64,000 nucleotides of DNA, from NCBI GenBank assembly GCA_002633005.1, contig NMRA01000658.1, positions 1 to 64,000 on the forward strand, written 5' to 3'. Positions 38,330 to 51,647 of the stretch are shown here, in pieces (position 1 is the first letter of the stretch; each line of letters starts with the position of its first letter). The notes beneath the pieces were generated by a model. It worked only from the letters and a program-made list of their open reading frames with translations, did not search any database and was not told where the DNA came from. The DNA comes from Phoronis australis (taxonomy: Eukaryota; Animalia; Phoronida). Both the position numbers and the translations under genes were made by a program.

Positions 38330-41300
38330 TATGATGGGCCGTTGGGGGGGAAGTGTCGCAGGAAAAATACGAGCGTAATTTAATTCTTCATGGCGTAAAA
38401 TTGCTCTCGTAATTTAGTTTAAACTCTTAGCCAACGACGTTCAGTTTTACAACTCACCGGCGCGCTCATGTAAGTACTTATTTACTGACGGTTACATGAC
38501 GAGCTACGAGCGCTGAATCATGGCGGATCAAATAGCTGCTGCAATGTCAGCGATTGTGCAAGAACGAGCTGCCCAGCAATAGACTCTATTCACGCGGCGG
38601 ACATTAAAATCCAAAGCGAGGCTCACTGCGATAAACAAAGCTAAAGTAGACATTGCGTGAGTTAAATAGCCGGTCTTTCGAGTCCAACCTGGATATAAAA
38701 TTTTAATGATGTGTCGACAATTAAACACAAAGACGTAGAAAATTACATTACAGAACAAGTTAAGGCGCCAAAGAGTTGTCTGACGAAAGGGTTTAATTTT
38801 TGTCAGAAAACTAGGTTCGAAACATGAAAAGTAAATATGACCAATTTGCGGCGATCGTAGTGTTACGGATTAGGTATTATGCTGAATGTAGGGTTACGTT
38901 TTTTCTTGTAAATTGTTGATCAAAATACTTTCTACGCGGACCAGGTCATCTGCTCGTATTGTTGACGAGTTGAAGAAATATTTGNTGAAAATACAGCCTG
39001 GCTGGCCCATTCTCCGGTCGTTACTATGATGCTTGACAACTGACCGAGATGCGACAAAATATGATCTAACTTTTCGAAAACATTTATTTTACACGGACAT
39101 ATTTTGCTTCGTCGCGGCGTATGGCAACGACCCAACGCTTCCGAATCTCAACGTCTTTAGAGATTGTAAAGCAGACAGTTGCGTGTCCTTTTTTTCTAGC
39201 AGTTCGCAGAACAACACGGACTGAAACACAGACTCCTACGCCGATAAGCTAACAGAGCTATCGTAGCGAGCCTCGTTTTGGAACGCGCCTCCTGTCGGCG
39301 TGAATTGGGTCTATAGTCGTGTACGTTAGGTCAACACCGATTGGTTTAAATTATGAACGTTCTTAAGGTATTTTACGATCGTAATCTGCGGCGACATTTA
39401 CCCCATTTAATTTACGGGGGTAATTTTTCTGCAACACTTTTGCAATTTAATTTACGCTCGTAATTACCACAGGCGCTCGAATTTCCCGATGACTCATAAC
39501 CATATATATGAAACATAAAGGTTGTACACTAAAACTTTGATGAATCGGGGCTCCCAACTTCAACAGTCCCAAATCCAAATAAAATCTCCGTGCATCTTTC
39601 TCAGACTGGTATCGCAAAAACCTCCGAAGCCTTATTTTTCCTTGTGAGTAGTGAACTGGCAACGAAATTTTTAGAACAAACTCGAAACTCTGAATTCGAG
39701 GACCTAAAATGGATAAGACAGCGGATTTCAGTTGTGCTTTAACTTGTACGTCGGTCGAGAAACCAAGTCAAGAAAATTTTCCCCAATTTCAATGACTGAG
39801 GTTATTAAAATTAACCATCCACTTAAGTGTAATTTGTTTCTCAACCTAGACTTTACTTGTGTTTGATTTTGTGCTACTCTTTGTTGAAGCACACCGAACA
39901 CTCGGTTTCTGGCGGACAAATCCGATGTCTGACCACACGTGTAGTCGCGGTAAATCACCATCGGTAAATGCCGGGTTTCACAGTAGGCCAGAGATAGAAG
40001 CCAGCAACCCGTGGTACCACGATTATATACAATGTTGTTTTTGAATAATCAGAGTTTAATTACTTTCAAACTGATACTAATTTATGCGGAGGGCAATCAA
40101 ATAATATTCGTGGGCGTGCGAAAACAGATCTCCGTAATGGGGCTATTCGGTTACATTAACTAGATGGCGCGCGTGTACTAGTGGTGATAGACTAAGCAGC
40201 CTCGATTTCGCAAGCCCTATTAATACATGGTGAAATGGCTTGCAGTCGTGCCAACTGAATCTGAGATTGAGTGAAAAGGGTGTTTCTATGAGAGGAAGTA
40301 ATCACAACCTTATACAAAGGTAAGGTTTGTGACTATTTTAACGATTATTCCATGTTTATTCTACTGATGCCTGTTAACTAAGGTACTCGCCGATGTCGAC
40401 TTCGCGGCAGTCGCCAGTCGGGTTAATCTTAATTTGTTTAGATGTGTGTTACGATACTTGACGTAGCACTCGGGATCTTTTCGTACATCAAAGCAGTATT
40501 ATTATTTGGAATGATTTCTAACAAGTTTATCAGTGACAGCTACATCAATCAATGCTGAATGTTTATGCTGTCAACTCGATATTGGTTAGTGAGTAAGATT
40601 ACAATCCAAGCCTTATGGCAAAGGGTACATGACAAATATTCATTAGACTGTTTGTTTACTCCCTATCCTATGTCTTCCGGAAATCTATTACACGTTGAAA
40701 TGGAAATCTATCATGTCTGTTTTCACGTGACCTTTGGTTTTTTTGGTTTGAGGGCTTGTACCGTGCAGATGAGATATGCATCGCTTGTGCACCGTCCCTG
40801 AATGGACAAAAATTGGTTTTAAGCATTTGACTGCAGCTAACCAGCAAGATCTTCCCATCCAGTGCAGATCTGTTGTCAAAGCCTACTTTCTATATCGGAG
40901 ACAACGAACAAAGCCTTTGAAAGGGAACAGCTTTTTTTAAAGAAAGGTATGTAAGTTGTTTTGTTAATTTACTTATTCAGGTCCTTAGCGGGGGATTGGC
41001 ATAGGGGGTTAGGGTTGTAAAATTTGGTGCAACTGAATGTGTGGAAATAACAAGTAGTGGCTGGAGGAAAGAGCATGGTTAGGTAATTCTTAACCTTCAT
41101 GAAGTTCCTTCAAGTTTATTTCATGAAACTGTTTTGCAATCAATTGTAAGCCCATAAAAATATTTTACATTTTCTGAATTCCCAGCGCCTGAATAGTCTT
41201 TTCTCATGCCTTGAAATGATGCAAGTCGCTTATGAATTCAAGTGACTTCCATTTTCAGAAAATTACATTTTTGATGGTGCCTTAAGATTTATAATTACTC

Positions 41301-44300
41301 TTAAACAACAAAGATTATCCATCATTTTTAAATGTCCTAAGTCTTCATGTCTTCTATTAGAAGAAAAATAAAAGGTCTGGGAAGCGGTTTCCTCAGCCTT
41401 AGACTAGAAGTATGCTGGACAGACCCATGAATCTGTAATGAGAGTTTAACTTCTTTAAAAGACTGGGTGACCACTTCAGTGAGTACACTGATTTTCAAGT
41501 GGGCCCAGTCGGAAATAATTACATGAAGTAAAATACAGACAGCTATACCAATTTATTGAAAAGATAATAAATAAAATAAATTAGTATAAAATTAGATAAT
41601 ATGTACAATTTGGTGAATAACTAACATAAAATAGAGTAAAATTGTGATTAGCTGAGGCCTACAGTAACGAACCACGCACAAAGTCTCAGTACTTCTATTT
41701 GAAGACGAGGACATTGGACGCGTTAGCGACGGCAATTGCCAGCCAGTTGTATTTAGCAGACAAATGATGCGTTTAAAGAATTATGTTATGGCTACGAATA
41801 AAAAAAATAAAGACGTAGTTTTATACAATACTTATTATATACACCTTTGGTTTCTGAAAATAGTAATTATTTAATTTTGTGTGAGATATATTTTTGAAAA
41901 ACAGGGTAGAATTTTGGCCCAACCTGGAGTACTTAATTATTCATATTTCAATACTTATTCCAGGTTCAGTGACATTTTAAGGCCACTTCAAGCTGCAACA
42001 TAGACGAACTTTGTTACTCCTTTCTCTTCCCACGGCATTAATCAACACACCAGCAGTGCTGCATGGCACAATGTACAAGTCAGTGGCCCGTTGGTGAGGA
42101 TGCCCTTTCATAGGCAATGAGTCATGTGTGGACAATAGGTTATTTCCTTTCCTGGAAGAAACATGAGCGACTGAAGCTAAAGAAGACCTAGTGACACTCT
42201 GGTCTAGTTCAAGGTCAGATTTTGGGCACCAAACGAGTCAAGTGATATGCTGTCGTTTTCACCTTCCAATGATCTAATTGTGGATGTTATTGAGGCTGAA
42301 TGAGGTTACGTGAAGGAAAGACACGTGCCGAAACTGGACCTTTTTTACAAGCGCTTCTATAGGCCATTGAAACTAGATCCCAGTGAAATGAAAACCAAAA
42401 CCATCTGGTATAAATACCCTGTCCTTTCTCACTGAGTGACATTAACTTTCCCTTTCAGAAGAAAAGCTTTATATACTAGTGGTAAAAACTTTCCAATTTG
42501 GTATACGTAATGGGAAAATGACATTCCGTGACTGCATCGATTGTCTTATTGTCAGTAGAAAACCTGTTAATGTTACACTTTGATGACCCAATAAAATTTT
42601 CATCAACATGCAAGTTTGTCACTAATTATTGAAACCACAATATTTCTTCAGTTTTAAAGCCCCATAAAGTGCAGTTGTGCTTATTCTATATAAAGCTGTA
42701 CGTTTGCAAATTGTCATTTTCCTGTTGACCTATAGAAATGTGCAGAGATCAAAATGAAGTATTCCCTTTGTTTGCATTTGATATGTTTGTGTGTGTAATT
42801 ATTTTTAGAGCTTTCTTAAGAAGGCCTTTGAACATTTTTAAGTTTTTTGTTAACTTGTCTACAACAAAAGTTCCACATATAAGAAAAGTGTGTTTTCAAT
42901 TGTAGCTAGCCGGATAAGAATCTGCTATGCACGAGATTCGAGTAAAGAAATATCAATGTATTTAAAAACAAAATGGCAAACTGAGCAACCACATACATAC
43001 AAAGAAACAACATTGTTAAAAACAATTGTAATTTTCCCAATGTAACGAAGTCCATAATCAGGCATATCAAGGGCTGACTTTCTGAATTAGGTTCAATTCT
43101 CTCAGGTTATTGCTGAAGGATTGTTTTTCACTTTGTCTAAAGGTAAAATAGACGGCCAGGCGGCTGGTTTCAATCGTTTTCTCTCATCTGTAACAGAATA
43201 GTCAGAGAAATATTAGCAAATTATTTAAGAAAACACAAGACAAAACTACTTTTGTAAGGCAGAACATACTTGACGTTTCATCTTCATGTTTATATGTAGG
43301 AACTAATAATCTTTTTACCCAAGTCTTATTTAAGATCTGAACTAAAATTTGTGAAACAAGCTAAAATGTGTTTCTGATCTCAACAAGTAAAATTCGTTCT
43401 AGGTGTCAACTTTTATTCCAATGCAATGTTACGACATTTACTGAATAGCATATTTATGTTAATTCAGTAACTAATCTGGTAGTCCTGGGGGTGGGGTCCG
43501 CTATAAAATAAGGAAACTAACTCATCTAGAGAATTTTATTGGATATAGCATAGCTTTGAAGAGAAACTGCTGTGAAAAAGTCACCGTTGGCTTCTGAGCG
43601 TCACGTACCATACTCCTCTTATGTTGGGCGCACTCGCACCCAAAACAATATGTGAATATGTGCTGCTAGCCTACCTAGCATCCGAGTCCCGGGTGAGTTT
43701 CTAAAAAGAAACTCTTAGTTCCACTCAATAAACCCGTTATTCAGTGGGGTAAGTAGTGGGGATAACATCACCAAACGATGTCAATAGAAACTAATTGCTA
43801 AAAACTTACCAAGTTAAGTTATGTAGTCTCCCAATGGAAATGATAGAGCACACACTGGGCTTCGGCATCCACACACTTTTTGTCGGTTGGTTGACCCTTT
43901 TGACCGCAATTCTCCACGCTTGGGAATTTGTGACCACCTGTCGAAGACTGGCACCAGGGAAAATAGCAATAATAAGGCTTAGCGCGACGACGTATTTTGA
44001 TAACAATTCCGTCTTTTTACCAACTGTTTACATGCACACAGCGACGCATGCGCAATTCAAACACCACTAGTACAGCAGCGACACCGCGAGGAGAATTCTC
44101 CAAATAGCCCCATTGCACCGTATGCTCGAATGTCGTCTTGACATCGCAGAATAAGGTCCTTGACATGGTAATTTTGGCGTGTTTTTGACATTTTTGTATC
44201 GTCAAATCATCACTCGAAGGCAAGTGATCAAATGAAAGAAGGTATTCAAAGACTTGTGCGATGCTAGTTTCGTAGACTTCCATGCACATTTGAGCAGAAA

Positions 44301-44545
44301 ATTCTGAGCAAACAGATTTTGAGTGTCCAACCTTTATGTTTTCTTAGTATTGAGTGGCGTCAGTAGTGATCGAGGGACAAATAAACTCAAGCACCTGTGG
44401 TAATTACGTGCGTAATTTTGCGGCGAAACTTTTCCCCATTTAATTTACGAGCGTAATTGTACGGCGACACTCCTGCAATTTAATTTAGGCTCATAATTAC
44501 GAGGGTTATTTTACAGCGACACTTTCCCCTCAACGGCCCTCCATA
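38330..44545. mobile_element. 6.2 kb IS3EU-like DNA transposon, decayed
   Basis: Termini TATGATGGGCCGTTGGGGGGGAAGTGTCGC and (reverse complement) TATGGAGGGCCGTTGAGGGGAAAGTGTCGC; 6-bp TSD GCTAGG (38324-38329, 44546-44551); repeated TACGAGCGTAATT motifs. TAY termini with a 6-bp TSD are IS3EU hallmarks. Confidence 0.75.
43135..43980 (-). pseudogene. Spliced, frameshifted THAP domain inside the IS3EU-like element
   Basis: ~43980-43810: YCYFPWCQSSTGGHKFP [fs] QAWRIAVKRVNQPTKSVWMPKPSVCS [fs] HF, then gtaag. After an acceptor near 43188: ERKRLKPAAWPSILP (THAP AVPTIF-like box). Confidence 0.7.
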
Positions 44546-46141
44546 GCTAGGTATCACTGTGTGTTGAGCTCCGTTAGACCACGAATTTTCATACAGGCCG
44601 AATATGAGTTCTGCTAGTCACCTCGTCGTGAAACTTAACACAAAGTCAACGACCGACGGGGTGCATCCAAAATCTGTGAAACAATTTCGACACTCTCCTT
44701 GCCCGTTTCCAGCAGTTCAACCAAAAAAACAATCTGATCAACGCCATTTGCTAGCATAATTCTATATCTTTTGAGTTTTGTAATAAAAACTTTTGTCGTT
44801 GTTTTGAAAACAGTCCGCTCGTGGCACGCGCACGCACCGTCCTAAAATTTTGCCCGACTTCTCTTAGGAGATGATGACTACTCTGCAGCAGCAAAGTTTG
44901 TTCTAAAATTTGGTTTGCTGGTCTTAAAAATACTAAAAACTTGTAACAAAATGAAACCAGTTCCGACAATTTGTTGTGACATGTACGCAACCTCGTGGTA
45001 GCGAAGAACAGTTGATAGAAGAATAAACGGGGGAAAAGAAACTGCTCGGGTCAGGTGACGCAATCGTTGAAAGCCGACTCAAAAGAGCGCACTTCAATTT
45101 TAGCAGTAGATGAGGGTAGGACGCCAATTTTTTCAACACCGGTAAGCCTGAATAATTTGATGTAACTTTTAATGATATTATTTTTGTATAAAATGTCGTG
45201 CTGAAATTTGCGACCTGTATGTTAGCAGCTGGTGAAAGAAGAGATGAATCAGATGTATAAATAGATTTGTAATGTATAATTGCAAAATCGCTTTCTGGGT
45301 CCGCATGTAAATATGTAACACTTAAAGAGTATTTTAGGTGAGCTCGGACAAATTGATCTATTTCAAGGAAATCAATACAACCTAGTTCTCTGCATTTATC
45401 AAATATTCAACAATAGCCCACTTTTCACATTGGCGCTCTCTACAGTAATGGGAGTACGAAAGTGACTTCCGATTGATCCCGACTCAGATTTTGTGGACAG
45501 AAAAAAAATACTATAGGCTATAGTGGAACTAAATTCCACTTTTTGATTAATTAAAAGTTAGCAATTTACTTTAGCTTTTTGACACCGGCTGAGATCGAAA
45601 TTATCCCGCTTTATCAGCGGCAGCTACTGGCTTTAATTGTCGCGGACGTCCTTGCTCGTTAATTGATATTTCAAAAGCTTTGCCGTTTTTCGTAAAGCAT
45701 TAGTACATTCCACGGCACATGGAAATTTGCCGGCGTTATAATAACAGGAAAGGTTATAAAACGCTGTCCGCATTACAGGGGATTTAATTACGGCGTTCTC
45801 CTCTTGAGTCCAACTTGTTCGGTTGTATAGCACCACAGCAACGCTTAATGTTAACAACCGCTCTAGGTGTGGTAAAGTCATTCAACGGGAGAACGCCCTA
45901 ATGTCTGTAGGTGGTGTTGAACTCCTGTCCTTATTATCGATTGGAAGAAAAAGAAAACAAAAAAATACGCACTTAAGTACACTCTTTCTCCCCCTCCTCT
46001 TAGCTCCATTTCCTCTTATTCGTTCTCTCAGTGCTCCATACCATACACGACCTTCCCCTTCCCTCTCATGAACAAATATATCATACAAAGCAAACATTCC
46101 TGAAATTTCAATAGGTCAATCAGGAAATGTTGTTACCTTAC

Positions 46142-46277
46142 CTGTGTTAGTGCTTTCTGAAGAAGGTGACCAAATTAACTTCGTCAGCAAAAAAATGTTA
46201 AAGATAGCTACGCCGATAAGCAAATACAATACTTTCAGTTTAGACGTCCCACATATATCGAGTAAACTGCGTCGCAT
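46142..46277 (-). CDS. CASD1-like: Probable first coding exon of the CASD1-like gene (type II signal anchor)
   Basis: MRRSLLDICGTSKLKVLYLLIGVAIFNIFLLTKLIWSPSSESTNT + G|gtaagg: basic tail then a hydrophobic segment; in-frame stops upstream; phase 1 matches exon 2. Linkage across 17 kb is inferred. Confidence 0.65.
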
Positions 46278-48465
46278 ATTCCTGAACTCTGTTAATGAAC
46301 AAGATCAACCGAACCGCAGCAACTATTTCACTATTGGGTTAATAATTTCATTAGACTAGAATCCGAACGAAGAATAAGCTAAAACAGTAACTTAAATCAA
46401 GTTTAGTTTCTCCTTTTCACCAAGTAACTTAAATGCTACTCCTCGACCTCGGAAACATGTACAAATTAAAGGCATTATACGCCTTACGCATCTACCAGCA
46501 TGTTAGGACTGTTAATCAATATATGGGTAAACGCAACCATGGAGTACGAGAAATTAGAGCCAATTCGTGTTCCATTCGCGGCTGGTGTTCAGTCTTTTGG
46601 TGGTGAAAATTGGCATGTACGACGGAAAAATTTATTGGTCGAGTTCATTGATTTGGACTATCTAAGACATTCATTTACAACGCCGTTCTTAAAAAAGCTA
46701 TTTTATTGCTCTAAAAGTTTCGGTAAATATTTACCGACTTAAATTTCGACACACAGTGGCCTGGTCCCGTTTTATCTGGATCATCGGAAATATGTCAGTA
46801 GCCTACATAACGTTCCTAACAAAACGTTTTTATTAGTGCGTACAGTATGTTTTCATCTAGAATTAAGATACCTGAGCAAAGTATCGAGTATGTATTTTTT
46901 ACTTCAAGAATAATAGCGGTACCTCTAATAATGACTTTTGGAAAACTATTAAACCATTTTATCTATCAGTCTTGTAACCCTATTATAATTAAACGCGACT
47001 CTGGTATATTGACTTACCCTAAGCTGGTGGCTCAGGAATTTTATTCCTACATTGAAAACAAGGCCTCTGATATTGGTGGTCAGACTGACATTCCCAGAGT
47101 GGTAGCATTTCCTGGCCATGTAGATGGCATCAGAAGTAGAGCCACTGCACACTATTTTGAGCTCGTGTAACATGATTGACAAACGTTTGTCGTCACTTAA
47201 TGACAATATGATTACAGGCATCATCTCTGTCAAACGTATTACAACAGTAGTCACTGAGCTGTCATCAAATCTTGCACCAATTTCAATGGGTGTGTCGATA
47301 ACTGCTCCTTCACAGACGATGCAAAACTAGCAGAGAAGATTCCGGTTTTTAAGACGTAAGAAATATTATCGTCTTGTTAGTATTTTAAAAATCATTACGG
47401 CGTTTTCCTGTTGATCCCAACTTGTGTGATTCTATAGCCCAAACACAAGTTGGGAAGATGACCCCTGCAGCCAATATCTTGCACGACTGATTAACTTCAT
47501 TCTGGCGTTTATGGTTGGAGGGCCAGCTCTCTTTTGGTCAATAATTGCTCTAATCTCCAATAAGATCGTATCTAGCCTGACTGGGCTGTGCTGTTAAAAA
47601 TAAAAGTTGAGTTATAACATATATGAACATAAATCAATAGCATTTCTGAATTCCTCGTCAAATGCTGATCCTGTTTAGTTTTCGAATCGACAAAATCGCC
47701 CAACTACAATCGAAGTTACAACAATCTATTCTTTCCCTACCAATAGCGGAGTTGCAACCGAATCGATTTAACGATTGCGCATGTCCGCAAATTAGGGTGC
47801 GCAAAGGCTATTGGGATTGACTAGGGTATGTGGCATGGCTGATTGTTTTGCACGACGTGTGATTTGCGTGCATTAAACTACCCTGCTGTGTGTAATTATG
47901 CCGCTTTTCGCCCTAATAAGCGCCCCAACGCCTTTTCAGAGTTAGCTAAAGTAAGCGCCCAGCCCATTAACTACATGCAAAAAAATGCCTTACCTACAAT
48001 TCTAACGTCTCCAATTTATCAATTGAAAGATCCGACAGTCCTAAATTTGTAGACTACGAGCCTCACCCTTTTGTCCGTATACACTTCAAACTTACGCCGC
48101 GATTCAAAAAGAAGTAATAAAAAATTCGACGCTTTGGCCGTTTGACAATGTTCACACGTGGTCTGTAATAAGCTTGATAGATAATTGGTCTGCCTGTTGT
48201 CACACCAGGCTGTGCGTGGCAGTTAACAAAGGAGCTAGATATTATCACATGCTCACAATCCTCAACGTCTGGTAAAGTCACTGAACGGGAGAACGTCGTC
48301 GTGTTCTCCCTAAAAGTCTTGGAGAAAAATTTTCAGTCTCAACTCTCTAACTATACTTAGATAGACTGGACCCTAGGGAAGGTAACTGAAGGGTGCCAAC
48401 ATATACTTTAACGAAAACTTGATGGGTGAAAAGTGTTAATGGAATTTAAGTTTTATATTAGGGTC

Positions 48466-48600
48466 ATGGATCTAAGGAAGGCCTTCGACTCGTTGCATTA
48501 TCAACTACTCATATATAAACTGCGGGCTTTCAGCATGTTTGAAGGGCCCGGACTTTAACCTTTTCTCGTCTCATCTGTGTAAAGAAAGTGCAGTTGTATC
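48466..48600 (+). pseudogene. Small decayed non-LTR reverse transcriptase fragment
   Basis: MDLRKAFDSLHYQLLIYKLRAF matches the DLxKAFDxxxHxxLxxKL RT motif. Confidence 0.7.
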
Positions 48601-51600
48601 CGTCGACAACTTGTAAACGTGAAAAAATATGGAAATTACCGGGAGACTTTTGCACTAATGACGTACTTCTCAGGCTCACATAGCCCGCATTATGCAGTGT
48701 TATTCCTCAACACAATGCCACGAAACTTGCTGGACATGGTTCAGTGATTTACGGCGGATCATTTTCGCCTCAAACCTATAGCTCGTTCTTAAAAACATTT
48801 GGCGATTTTCAACTTACGTCGTAATCACATCGTCGCTATACTTTGTGTTTCTAACTAAAGTGGCCAACCAATCAGACAAATAAGGAATTAGCCTGCAAGT
48901 TCCACTTTAACTCCTTTCTGCTATCACGATGCTGGCAAATTCCCACTGCTGTTCGGTGAAGGCAAACCTCGTAAAATATCTATGGATGGAGGACGTCACG
49001 TCCCATATATTTCCCACTGCAAAGTCAGTGGATGAGACTGATAAAGTGGGGGAATTGCCATCCCTGCTGATGTCACAATGTTAAAAATTATTTAAGTACT
49101 AAATTATTTTATGTAATCTATACTGCTTCGTCCTCATTATCATATTGTTTGGATTATCGGGTCAGTGACCATGTTTGTTCTACGATTATTGGTTTAATTG
49201 TACCATGTGATCTCTTTGTCTCGTCGCAACACTCGGCCATCGTCCACAATTCTCTCCAAATTTCAGTTTTCACTCAATTTCTCTTTCCCTCCCTCCCTCA
49301 ACCAATTTGCTTATCCTTATATTTCCCATGTGGCTTTCCCGGTGTTGCTGTTATGCTTCCCATATTATTACTTAACTTTCTATTCATCTCTTATGTATAC
49401 TGTTCAACATATTATATAACTTTTGTAATTACCGATACCCGTAGTAGTTTAGTTTCTCATCTACACGTGTTGTTTCACTGTAAACTAGCTTCGGTATCGC
49501 TTCGTGGTTAGCGCATACAAAATAAATTATTGAAATTAAACTAATCAAACACTGGGAGTGGTTGACAGTGGGATTCATTCCTGTTATTTTATTTAACCAC
49601 TACGTAGTTCTGAATTTCCAACGAATCTGACAAAACTCTTAATACTCCAGGGAGTGCCAATATGCAAAGCCCGCTGTTCGAGCCCTAAAAACAATTCTTT
49701 TTATATGATGCATGAGTGAAATGGCAAATCAGCGAGAGACTTTGTGAGCCATGTGACACCTTCTAATCTCATGGTTTTTAATTTTTGCATTCAACAGTCG
49801 CTGTCACAGTACGAATAAAGTCAAATGTGGGCGATAAGCAGCACAATTTCACAATTGGCTGATTGTAGTTTGAAACGTCAGACCTATCTCTTCCGTTTTG
49901 TCTATATGTTTCACATTCCATTGATGTATATGAGCAGTCTCATGACAAAGCATTTCAAGGACATTTTGAAAAATGAATCAAGAGGAGCTTTTGACTCTTT
50001 ATGTATGACAAAAGAAATTAAAACGTAGAATACTACTACTACACTCACGATCGCTATATATAAGCTTTCATCATAAAATAAAATACTGGTGATCTTGTCA
50101 AGATATATCTGTGTAAACAGTAAAAGGAAATAACAAATTAAAAAGCTATAAAATAGAAAAAAGTGGTAATAATTAACAGAAATTAACTGTATATACAAAA
50201 TTACAGTATAGAGTAGAATCATTATTAGAATCTTTTATTACATTGTTTTAATGCTGTTAAAAACTTAGAATTTATATTAAACTATACTGTTGTACCTTGT
50301 TCAACTTCATGATATTGCTATGAAAATGTAAGAGTTCTTGAAATCTAGTAATTTTAAACCAACTGTTGAAGTTACCGTTTCAAATAAAAACAGATGGCAT
50401 GAGCACCGGAAATACAGGGTTCATCACCACCCACGGAAATTGCTTTTCTTGAAAGTCATAGTAACCGTTACTTGATCATTGCGTACAGAGCATTTTTGCT
50501 GCGCGTGGGGTGTTTAGGAGTGGCAATCTAGAGATCAGTGCCACGGATTTGGTGACTGGTGACTCGGGAATGGAATTTAGAGTATCATAACTGGAATATA
50601 GAGGTGCGATCAGGGAACAATTTCTTCTCCTAATAGCACGCAATTAAGTAACTAACACCGTCCTTCCTGAAAAAAAACTATCGTGAATTACGTGTCGCGT
50701 GGAAACGTTGTAATTAAGTGCAATTGTCTGAATCATGTACATCATCGTCTGTAAGTAATTGCATCTATTTAGATGTAACCACATGCTAACTGACATCATT
50801 ACATTCACTGACCATGAAAACATGGCTACAAATGTCAAAACGTTCTACATGTTGAGCGAATGAGGAAACGGAGTTTTGAATAATGGTGGCATTACACTAA
50901 TTTTTCATGCAACAACCTGCAAACTAATTTTATCAAATTAATTGATCATAGAATCATCGGTGCAAATATCAATACCATTTACTTGATTTCTTGTGGTGCT
51001 TCGTTTCTCCACTGTAAGCACAAGATTTTTAATTAACGGCTACCTTAATTTGCATAACTGAACTGGACTTTTCAGATAGTTCCGGTAAAGCTTTAACAAA
51101 TGATTCGTGAAGTAGCCTTTTCGCGCCATATTGCATTATCGAGAGCAAACAGTAAATAAAAAACTGTCTATGTAGAAGAAATATGCAACTGCTGTGAGTA
51201 CCAGAGCACATTGAATAAAGCACCAATGTGTTCGTACATTTAGCTGCTTGAATTATTTGAGGATTGTCGCAGTGACGCACGTTGAATCAAAAGCAGTGAA
51301 CGTTTACCGTTCACTACATTTTACAGCTGATAACTTCAGCGTGGTCAGGGTGGTGCTTTTAACGTATTGTAGATACTAAATGTACTTGTGTTACCGTTCA
51401 AGGAAGGGTATTAGGTCTTGGGTTTGAATTTCACAAGTGAAATATTCTTAGAGTTGAATATGCATTTGTTTTTTTCGGTTCCCGAGGCACGAATACATAT
51501 TAACAGAGACGTTTCAGGTGTTACTTAATGTCCCAAATTTAGTCAGAAGACGTTAGCTATTGCAACCGTTATCATATCATAGTCTACGCCGGGCTCGTAC

Positions 51601-51647
51601 TTCACTGGGCTTTCAATATTTTGCAAAGCCACATATGTTACATCTAG

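Noticed and set aside
48925-49066. hAT-type MITE
   Set aside because: Imperfect inverted ends and no convincing 8-bp TSD.
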